A DNA stretch of 64,000 nt, from positions 2,446-66,445 of the forward strand of contig LCFC01000004.1 in the NCBI GenBank assembly GCA_000998805.1. Reading direction: 5' to 3'. The notes beneath the pieces were generated by a model, which did no database searches, was not told where the DNA came from, and saw nothing but the letters and a program-made list of their open reading frames with translations. A program made the translations under genes and the position numbers. The DNA comes from Parcubacteria group bacterium GW2011_GWA2_43_11 (GTDB taxonomy: Bacteria; Patescibacteriota; Minisyncoccia; Phycocordibacterales; UBA12088). Position 1 is the first letter of the stretch; each line of letters starts with the position of its first letter. This document shows, piece after piece, positions 56,692 through 64,000 of this stretch.

Positions 56692-57255
56692 ATGCTGACT
56701 TTCAGAGAAAAAATAAATACCGTATTTAACGTCATGAGCGAGGAGTTTGGGTACACCAACAAAATGGAGGCACCAAAGATTGAGAAGATTGTTATCTCTA
56801 CCGGTATCGGTAAAATTTCCGATGCAAAGAAAGTTGAACTCATTCAAGAACGACTTGCTCGTATTACGGGACAGAAAGCAGCGCCACGAGGAGCGAAGAA
56901 GAGTATTGCAGCGTTTAAGGTGCGAGAAGGTGATGTTGTGGGGTACCAGACAACACTACGTGGTGAGCGTATGCGTGACTTTTTCGATAAACTCATACAT
57001 GTAGCACTTCCACGAATGCGTGATTTCCGCGGTATCAAGCCCTCTGCTATTGATGAGCTTGGAAATATTACGATTGGTATTACCGAGCACACTATATTCC
57101 CCGAGACGTCAGACGAGGACCAGCGCGATGTGTTTGGACTTGCGGTAACTATCGTGACCACATCGAAGTCAAAGAAGGAAGCAGAAACGTTCCTTCGTCT
57201 TATGGGAGTACCACTCAAGAAAGCAGAGGAAAAGAAGAAGAAAAAGAGCAGATAA
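56692..57255 (+). CDS. rplE: 50S ribosomal protein L5
   Basis: PKIEKIVI, ITGQK, KKSIAAFKVREG, LPRMRDFRG. Confidence 0.97.
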   Translation: MLTFREKINTVFNVMSEEFGYTNKMEAPKIEKIVISTGIGKISDAKKVELIQERLARITGQKAAPRGAKKSIAAFKVREGDVVGYQTTLRGERMRDFFDKLIHVALPRMRDFRGIKPSAIDELGNITIGITEHTIFPETSDEDQRDVFGLAVTIVTTSKSKKEAETFLRLMGVPLKKAEEKKKKKSR

Positions 57256-57276
57256 TTTTCACTATATACAACAACA

Positions 57277-57298
57277 AAAGCGCCGAACGGCGCTTTTG
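57277..57298 (+). terminator. Terminator after rplE
   Basis: AAAAGCGCC-GAAC-GGCGCTTTT. Confidence 0.65.
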
Positions 57299-57362
57299 TG
57301 TTTTGTATAAATAGTCAACACCCAGCATTTCTGCTGGGTGTTTTGGGATGGAATTTTTGATG

Positions 57363-58211
57363 TTACTTTTCACCGACGTGGCAGAGATAGTTATTTCGAC
57401 TGTGGGCATGACGATAATGCTCTTTAAGACCAAAACGTATATAGAACTCTATACGTTCTTCAAGTTCTGGAATGTACGTACAGAGTTTATCGAGTTCAAA
57501 CATGCGCTTTTCAATCTGTTTTTCCACCTCTGATTCTAAACAGTGTTCCCAGCGTTTTTTAAGTTCCGTAAAGTCAAAAATACCACTGAGTTGTTGAGTG
57601 TTCAGAACGTACATTTGGTCTTGGTAGAGTTTCAAGCGAGGTTCAGTAGCAGATACTGCGCGGAGATATTGAAACCTATCTATAAGCTCATTGTAGTTCG
57701 TAATCTGCGGGACTTCCTTGTCGTCGAGTTCCAGCAAGCGTTTTTTAAGATGTTCATGGATTCGTTCACATTCTTTCCCATAGCGCCGATAGAATTCTTC
57801 AATATTCCGCAGCTTCGGATAATAGTTACATGAGTCAATACATGACCCAATGTAGCGAAACAATTGCACTCTAAGTGCAGAGTTGCTTCTGCTGTGCTTA
57901 TATCGTTCTGCAAGTGCTAGGTGATCCAGGTGATTAGTCATGTTTGGTAGGTCAGTTTTGTTCACCTCAACCATAAGCTCTTCCATCCTGTACCAAAGGA
58001 GTGGCAACTCAGCCTGACGTGCTTTTTCCCAGATATACATGAGTTCAGGATAGTACGGCTGGTTTTCAGCAAGAGTGCACAGGTCCCTTGTGTGTCTCTC
58101 TACCATAATTCTGGTATACGATTTTTGTCTGAACCACTCGATAAGACTAAAGTAATGATCAATATCATTACGTTGTATGAGTCTGTCCTCTGAAATATTC
58201 GCACTTGTCAT
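57363..58211 (-). CDS. Orphan helical-repeat-like protein
   Basis: SD AGGAGGT; 282 aa, charged and helical in composition. Confidence 0.65.
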   Translation of the reverse strand: MTSANISEDRLIQRNDIDHYFSLIEWFRQKSYTRIMVERHTRDLCTLAENQPYYPELMYIWEKARQAELPLLWYRMEELMVEVNKTDLPNMTNHLDHLALAERYKHSRSNSALRVQLFRYIGSCIDSCNYYPKLRNIEEFYRRYGKECERIHEHLKKRLLELDDKEVPQITNYNELIDRFQYLRAVSATEPRLKLYQDQMYVLNTQQLSGIFDFTELKKRWEHCLESEVEKQIEKRMFELDKLCTYIPELEERIEFYIRFGLKEHYRHAHSRNNYLCHVGEK

Positions 58212-58437
58212 TATAGGTACCTCCTGAAAGTTTGATATTCTGAAAAGTTCCTGCTATTTCCTACCAGCACCATATATCAAAGGTGTAAATAGTCAACGCC
58301 CAACAGTTTAGTCAAAGGTTGTTTGAGAGGAAAACATATAGAACGCTATCTGATAGCGTTCTTCTAGTACGGGGCGAAGGTGGGAGCCTTGGAGGGTGTC
58401 ATTGTGAACCCGCAGGCGCGACAATCCACGTTTTTCA

Positions 58438-58559
58438 TCCCATTAAAGACAGGTCATCACAGAGTGACCGTAGTTTATATGATTAATTGCCAGTGGTTAT
58501 ATCACATCTCATATCTTTAACTATTTTTGGAAACATCACTGGTTTGGTCTCTAACGGGA
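58438..58559. mobile_element. MITE family B copy (122 bp)
   Basis: TCCCATTAAAGAC ... GTCTCTAACGGGA. Confidence 0.65.
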
Positions 58560-58640
58560 TTCATTTAAAATTGAATCATTTTGTCATTCAATAAAAATTA
58601 AAAATTACTCATCCTTTCAACTTTATAACTTTATGAACTT

Positions 58641-59690
58641 TTAACTTACTTGTTTCTTCGTAGGGGTCGTGCGCAAGTGCGTGATTGATACCACAGTACC
58701 ACGTGCTGTACTCACTCGGCTTATCTCCGCATGTAATTGTTGTGCAAGTGATTCAATGATATTTGTACCTAGACCTTCTTTATTTGATGCAGTCGCTTCA
58801 AGTCCAACACCATCATCCCCAATACTGAGCACCCATTTTTTTGCATTTGATGTAAAGGTAACAGTTACTTGACCCTCACCTTTAGGAAAGGCGTGTTTTA
58901 AGGAGTTGATTACTAGCTCAGTTGTGATGAGTCCTATGCCAATAGCCTCATCGGGCGTGACAGAGCCAGCCCCGCCCACAACTTTAAGGGTAATAGGTTT
59001 ACGTCCTCCTATCATCGATTTTGTGAGACTCTTGCAGAGTACACGTAAGTAGTTCAATACAGGCACCATAGAGCCCTCACTTACAGGGTCGAGGTTACGT
59101 TGGACAGTCGCAATAGAGATAATTCGATCATGTGCATCTTCGAGGTGTGCCTTACTCTCCTTTGAGGTCACGCTATCGGACTTGAGAAGGATGATACTTG
59201 CGATAAGTTGCAGACTGTTTGCAATGCGATGACGCATCTCTTTGAGAAGCGTATCCTTTTGCAACATCAAGTTTTCTTTATCTCGCTGTACCTTACGCTC
59301 TTCGGTTATGTCGGTTATGGAAATAAATATATCTTCGTGCTTGTCAGCACCTGTTTGTATTGTATGTGCGTCCATAAGCATCACCCGCAAGCCAAGATTT
59401 TCGAATGTATGTACGACTTCGTATCCCTCAACTTTTGTTTTGTCTGGGATGACTTGCTCAAGAAGTGATGTGAGGGCGGGGACATTCCATTCACCTGTGC
59501 CTAATGCATCAAATCTTTTTCCGTTAATTTTTTTTGAATCAACGTTAAACCTGTCATAAAAAGCATGATTAGCAGCTACAACTTGTAATTTACTATTGAG
59601 TACTACTATTGGTTCAGACAATGTCTCCACAATTGCATTAGACAATTCAAAGTTCAGGCCCTCTATAGGTTTTATAGGCTTTTTATTCAT
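58641..59690 (-). CDS. PAS-domain sensor histidine kinase (HisKA_2/HWE-type)
   Basis: N-terminal PAS; KEMRHRIANSLQ H-box; ELVINSLKHAF, DDGVG and GLGT motifs. Confidence 0.9.
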   Translation of the reverse strand: MNKKPIKPIEGLNFELSNAIVETLSEPIVVLNSKLQVVAANHAFYDRFNVDSKKINGKRFDALGTGEWNVPALTSLLEQVIPDKTKVEGYEVVHTFENLGLRVMLMDAHTIQTGADKHEDIFISITDITEERKVQRDKENLMLQKDTLLKEMRHRIANSLQLIASIILLKSDSVTSKESKAHLEDAHDRIISIATVQRNLDPVSEGSMVPVLNYLRVLCKSLTKSMIGGRKPITLKVVGGAGSVTPDEAIGIGLITTELVINSLKHAFPKGEGQVTVTFTSNAKKWVLSIGDDGVGLEATASNKEGLGTNIIESLAQQLHAEISRVSTARGTVVSITHLRTTPTKKQVS

Positions 59691-59785
59691 AACTATATCT
59701 ATATTATATAGTATACGCTATATTTCGGTATTATACTAATTCGTTATGAATTCTACATGGAGATGAATGCTTTGGTTTCAATTTG

Positions 59786-59933
59786 TTGACTTACTCTACG
59801 CAACCTGCTAGTATGTTCCAACGCTAGAGAAAACAACACTGTTTCTACTCTTTTGGGAAAAAAGCCCAGCGTACACGATAGAAGTAAGTCGGGAGAGCGT
59901 GTAATTGACACCTCAAAGCGATACTGCTACTAT
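59786..59933 (+). promoter_or_regulatory. Tandem promoters restarting the spc operon at rpsN
   Basis: TTGACT-17-TAGTAT (59786-59814) and TTGACA-17-TACTAT (59905-59933), both with TG extension. Confidence 0.65.
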
Positions 59934-60001
59934 GCGCCAAGCTCTTCGGAGCGTTTTATAGTAATACAGTACCAAAACCACGCAATTCAAAAACATTAGG
60001 T

Positions 60002-60187
60002 ATGGCAAAGAAATCTGTAATAGCACGATCAAAGAAGACGCCGAAATTCAGTACACGAGGTGTAAATCGTTGTTTTCGCTGTGGACGTGGACGAGGATTT
60101 ATGAGAGATTTTGACCTGTGTCGTATTTGTTTTAGAGAATTGGCAAACGAGGGACAGATTCCAGGTATTAAAAAGAGCTCTTGGTAG
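60002..60187 (+). CDS. rpsN: 30S ribosomal protein S14, zinc-binding type
   Basis: 61 aa; [17 protein letters not shown]. Confidence 0.97.
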   Translation: MAKKSVIARSKKTPKFSTRGVNRCFRCGRGRGFMRDFDLCRICFRELANEGQIPGIKKSSW

Positions 60188-60191
60188 ACAT

Positions 60192-60587
60192 ATGATGACA
60201 GACCCTATTTCAGACATGATAATTCGCATCAAGAATGCCGCTATGGCAGGTAATGATGTGGTATCCATGCCTCAATCAAAAATTAAAGTTGCTATTGCAG
60301 ACAAGCTTAAACAGCGAGGTGTTGTGAGTGATATCGCATCACGCGGAAAGAACGTAGGAAAGACGTTAGAATTGACACTTGCGCGTGACGAGAAGGGTAC
60401 GTACAAGTTTATTGATGTACGTCGTGTTTCTAAGCCTGGATGCCGTGTATATTTCAGTGCGCATGACATACGCCCTATCATGGGTGGCACAGGAACACTG
60501 CTTATCTCAACACCAAAGGGAATTCTTTTTGGTCACGAGGCACGTCAAGAAGGTGTAGGAGGAGAACCATTGTTTGAAATTTGGTAG
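60192..60587 (+). CDS. rpsH: 30S ribosomal protein S8
   Basis: TDPISDMIIRIKNA, RVSKPGCRVY, STPKG. Confidence 0.97.
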   Translation: MMTDPISDMIIRIKNAAMAGNDVVSMPQSKIKVAIADKLKQRGVVSDIASRGKNVGKTLELTLARDEKGTYKFIDVRRVSKPGCRVYFSAHDIRPIMGGTGTLLISTPKGILFGHEARQEGVGGEPLFEIW

Positions 60588-60687
60588 CACAGGGTTCTTG
60601 CTGCATGCTTGGTCTCTTGTACGGGAGAGCAGGCATGCGGTAAGAAAAAACCGTAGCTTCATGCAAACATCATCAACAAAAATTACC

Positions 60688-61221
60688 ATGAGTCGAATAG
60701 GAAAAAAACCAGTAGTAGTGCCAGAAAAAACCGATGTTACTATCGTGGATGGTGTGCTTACGGTGCAAGGACCTCTTGGTGTTTTGACAAAAGAAGTGCA
60801 TCCCTACGTTGGAGTGGCTATTGAAGGAAAAGAGGTACAAGTTTCACCTAAAAATGAAACACGCTTAGCAAAGGCACTTTGGGGAACATTTGCATCACAT
60901 TTACAAAATATGATTAAAGGCGTGAATGAGCGGTACACAAAAAAGCTTGTACTTGATGGTATTGGATACAAAATGGCCTCATCGGACAAAGAGCTTACCT
61001 TAAGCCTAGGCTTTTCACATAAAGTTATTATGTCTATTCCTGAAGGCGTCACTGTAACAGTCGAGAAAAACATTCTTACAATTTCAGGAATTGACAAAGA
61101 TGTCGTAGGGCAGTTTTCAGCAAACGTACGAGCAAAAAAGAAGCCGGAGCCTTACAAAGGTAAAGGGTTCCATTATGATGATGAAGTTATCTTGCGTAAA
61201 CAAGGTAAGAAAGCCGCATAA
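60688..61221 (+). CDS. rplF: 50S ribosomal protein L6
   Basis: MSRIGKKP, LGFSH, PEPYKGKG. Confidence 0.97.
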   Translation: MSRIGKKPVVVPEKTDVTIVDGVLTVQGPLGVLTKEVHPYVGVAIEGKEVQVSPKNETRLAKALWGTFASHLQNMIKGVNERYTKKLVLDGIGYKMASSDKELTLSLGFSHKVIMSIPEGVTVTVEKNILTISGIDKDVVGQFSANVRAKKKPEPYKGKGFHYDDEVILRKQGKKAA

Positions 61222-61229
61222 CACTAACT

Positions 61230-61580
61230 ATGAGTACTACAGTTTCAAAACAAGAAAAGAGAACACGACGACATGGACGAGTGCGTTCAAAGATTTCTGG
61301 TACCGGTACATGCCCACGTCTTGCAGTATTTCGTTCAAACCGATTTATGTATGCACAGCTTATTGATGATGAGAAGGCTGTTACACTTGTTGCTCTAGAC
61401 TCAAAGAAGATGGAAGGTGCTAACGCACGAGAACGAGCAATAGCACTAGGGAAGGCACTAGCTACACAAGCAGTCAAGCTTGGTATTGGAAAAGTGGTGT
61501 TTGATCGAGGAGGTTTTCTATATGCAGGGTCTATCAAATCATTCGCTGACAGTGCACGAGAAGGTGGACTCAAATTTTAA
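61230..61580 (+). CDS. rplR: 50S ribosomal protein L18
   Basis: PRLAVFRSN, VVFDRGG, AREGGLKF. Confidence 0.97.
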   Translation: MSTTVSKQEKRTRRHGRVRSKISGTGTCPRLAVFRSNRFMYAQLIDDEKAVTLVALDSKKMEGANARERAIALGKALATQAVKLGIGKVVFDRGGFLYAGSIKSFADSAREGGLKF

Positions 61581-61590
61581 TACGTAACGT

Positions 61591-62226
61591 ATGAACGAAC
61601 ACACAACAAAAAACACAGGTGAGAATAAAGGTACTGATACTCCAAATACTTCAGCGCCTCAAGGTGCAGGTGCACCACATACTCGTGGAAGCGGTGACCG
61701 ACGTGCACGACGTGTTCGCCGACCTCGAGTTCGAAGTGAGTTTGATAACAAGATTTTAGGCATACGTCGTGTGACGCGTGTTGTTGCCGGAGGACGTCGT
61801 TTCTCGTTTAGTGTAACGATGGTTATTGGAAACGGTGCTGGACAAGTAGGTGTTGGTATCGGCAAAGCGTCGGATACTGCACTAGCTATTGAAAAAGCTA
61901 CTCGTGATGCAAAGAAGCATTTGATTACTGTTCCTCTTACAGATGATCTTTCGATACCTCATGAGGTACGAGCGAAGTATGATGCGGCACAAGTACTTCT
62001 TATACCTACCCCTGGAAAAGGTTTTAAGGCAGGTAGTGCTGTACGTACCGTACTTGAGCTTGCCGGTGTAAAGCATGTGACTGCTAAGATACTTTCTCGA
62101 AGCAAGAATCACTTGAACAATGCCAGAGCTACTGTAGTTGCATTAAAGAAACTCAAGCCCGCTCTGAAGCGAACTACTGACGATAGTACTAAAAAGAAAC
62201 CTGGAACTAAGAATGTAAGCAAATAA
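61591..62226 (+). CDS. rpsE: 30S ribosomal protein S5
   Basis: RRVTRVVAGGRRFSF, AVRTVLELAG. Confidence 0.97.
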   Translation: MNEHTTKNTGENKGTDTPNTSAPQGAGAPHTRGSGDRRARRVRRPRVRSEFDNKILGIRRVTRVVAGGRRFSFSVTMVIGNGAGQVGVGIGKASDTALAIEKATRDAKKHLITVPLTDDLSIPHEVRAKYDAAQVLLIPTPGKGFKAGSAVRTVLELAGVKHVTAKILSRSKNHLNNARATVVALKKLKPALKRTTDDSTKKKPGTKNVSK

Positions 62227-62236
62227 TATTTCGACT

Positions 62237-62686
62237 ATGCAGCTCCACAATATCAAAAAAAGCTCAGGAATAACGACAGCGCGACGCATTGGTCGTGGTG
62301 GTAAACGTGGCAAGACGAGTGGTAAGGGACACAAAGGTCAGAAGTCACGAGCTGGGCACAAGATACGCCCTGCAGAACGAGACATGATCAAGCGACTCCC
62401 AAAGCTTCGCGGTCACGGTAAAAACCGCTCACGCACCGTAAATCCAGACAAGGTTGCTCCTTCAGTTGTGAATCTTTCCGTACTCGAAGTACATTTTGCA
62501 GATGGTGACCGAGTATCACCTAAAGCGCTTGTGGTTAAGAAGTTGGTCAACACGCTCTCAGGTCGTGTTCCAAAAATGAAGATACTAGGATTTGGTACAC
62601 TGACAAAGAAACTAACAATAGCAGAATGTGAGGTTTCTAAGAGTGCGAAGGAAGCAATAGAAAAAGTTGGAGGAAAGGTGTTGTAA
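62237..62686 (+). CDS. rplO: 50S ribosomal protein L15
   Basis: RIGRGGKRGKTSGKGHKGQKSRAG, RLPKLRG. Confidence 0.97.
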   Translation: MQLHNIKKSSGITTARRIGRGGKRGKTSGKGHKGQKSRAGHKIRPAERDMIKRLPKLRGHGKNRSRTVNPDKVAPSVVNLSVLEVHFADGDRVSPKALVVKKLVNTLSGRVPKMKILGFGTLTKKLTIAECEVSKSAKEAIEKVGGKVL

Positions 62687-62733
62687 GCTAGCACAGCATT
62701 TCAGAGAGTGCTACCCACCGTATTGACGTAAAC

Positions 62734-64000
62734 ATGATAGGAGCATTTATACAAAAACTTAAACTCATTTTCGCAGACGGGAATCTTCGCAAGCGCATCT
62801 TTTTTGTACTTGGAGCATTAGCAGTTTTTCGTATTCTTGCTTCCATTCCTATTCCAAGTGTCGACAAACTACAACTCGCTTCATTTCTCGAAAGTCACCA
62901 GTACCTAGGGCTCATGAACATGTTCTCTGGAGGTGGTCTCTCTAATCTTTCTATAGTGATGCTTGGTGTCAGTCCATACATTACTGCTTCTATTATCATG
63001 CAACTCATGAGTATTATGTCGCCAACTATTAAGGCACTACATACAGAAGAAGGTGAAATAGGACGACAAAAGTTTACGCAGTATTCACGAATGCTCACGA
63101 TTCCGCTTGCGTTTGTACAGGCATTTGGTTTCCTTATGCTTTTGTCTCGTCAAGGTATCGTAGGCGACCTTACCATGTTTAGCTTTATTGTGAATGTCAT
63201 GGTTGTTGCTGCCGGCTCTATCCTCCTCATGTGGGTTGGTGAGCTCATTTCCGAGTTTGGTATCGGTAACGGTGTGTCGCTGATTATCTTTGCTGGTATC
63301 GTGGCATCACTCCCTACCACCATTGGGCAAGTACTCTTTAATTTTGACATGGCACAGATACCTACCTACATCGCGTTTATCATTGTGGCGGTGCTCGTGA
63401 CTGCGGTGGTGGTCATTATTACTGAAGCAGAACGGCCTGTCCCTGTCTCGTATGCTAAGCAGGTGCGAGGAGGCAAGAGCTACGGAGGTGTTTCTACCTA
63501 CCTACCGCTCCGAGTGAATCAGGCGGGAGTAATTCCTATTATTTTTGCACTTTCTATTATTCTGTTCCCTCAAATGATACTGAGCTTTTTCCAAGGGTCA
63601 GAGACAGCGAGTGTTGCTGATATGGCAAGCACTATTCTTACCTACTTCACCAATCCATGGATATATGCAGGTGTGTACTTTGTGCTCGTGTTCTTTTTTA
63701 CGTACTTCTATACCGCAGTGACGTTTGACCCTCAATCTATCTCCACTAACCTTCAGAAATCAGGTGCGTTTATCCCAGGCGTACGACCAGGTGCTGCGAC
63801 TGCAGAATATCTTGGAAACATCATTACGCGCATCACACTCGTCGGAGCACTCTTTCTCGGTCTTATCGCGGTCTTGCCACTAGCGATGCAGGGTATCACC
63901 AATAACGGAGCTTTTGCTATTGGAGGTACGGCACTCCTTATTGCGGTTTCGGTGGTATTAGACATTGTCCGCAAAGTTGATGCCCAAATCTCTATTCGCG
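62734..64000 (+). CDS. secY: Protein translocase subunit SecY (3' end just outside window)
   Basis: Manual translation: LGVSPYITASIIMQL, GIGNGVSLIIFAGI, NQAGVIPIIFA, FIPGVRPG, GGTALLI. Confidence 0.97.
   Translation, partial: MIGAFIQKLKLIFADGNLRKRIFFVLGALAVFRILASIPIPSVDKLQLASFLESHQYLGLMNMFSGGGLSNLSIVMLGVSPYITASIIMQLMSIMSPTIKALHTEEGEIGRQKFTQYSRMLTIPLAFVQAFGFLMLLSRQGIVGDLTMFSFIVNVMVVAAGSILLMWVGELISEFGIGNGVSLIIFAGIVASLPTTIGQVLFNFDMAQIPTYIAFIIVAVLVTAVVVIITEAERPVPVSYAKQVRGGKSYGGVSTYLPLRVNQAGVIPIIFALSIILFPQMILSFFQGSETASVADMASTILTYFTNPWIYAGVYFVLVFFFTYFYTAVTFDPQSISTNLQKSGAFIPGVRPGAATAEYLGNIITRITLVGALFLGLIAVLPLAMQGITNNGAFAIGGTALLIAVSVVLDIVRKVDAQISIR

Noticed and set aside
62226-62237. Missing rpmD (L30) between rpsE and rplO
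   Set aside because: Established trait of CPR bacteria; used as a taxonomic clue only.

Overview
This bacterial chromosome segment (code 11) looks like Patescibacteria/CPR, probably Parcubacteria: rpmD/L30 is absent between rpsE and rplO, trigger factor lacks a PPIase domain, r-proteins carry Lys-rich extensions and core genes have no Shine-Dalgarno. Gene order: type IV pilus cluster (minor pilins, pilC, pilB), nusA-ppa, tig, rpsL-rpsG-fusA, then a ~31 kb block separating fusA from tuf, then tuf-rpsJ and the S10/spc operons to a partial secY, interrupted twice by accessory genes. The 31 kb block holds a NifU-C protein, ferredoxin, FAD oxidoreductase, ADP-forming acyl-CoA ligase, 2-oxoacid:ferredoxin oxidoreductase, a minimal two-subunit NiFe-type hydrogenase with maturation protease/DUF6390/DMT neighbours, and a sufD-less sufB-S-U-C cluster. 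Main unexplained structure: (1) miniature inverted-repeat elements that sit in frame in proteins, overlap stop and start codons, and abut promoter -35 boxes; (2) two integrase-free insertions bracketed by duplicated gene ends, one associated with loss of the canonical hydrogenase C-terminus; (3) SD-led orphan cassettes alongside SD-less or leaderless host genes; (4) candidate structured RNAs. rpsS and rpsC carry frameshifting internal deletions that are probably assembly artefacts, so other junction-based findings need read-level checks. No tRNA, rRNA, CRISPR array, transposase or integrase was recognised. All family calls come from motif recognition by eye, not database searches.
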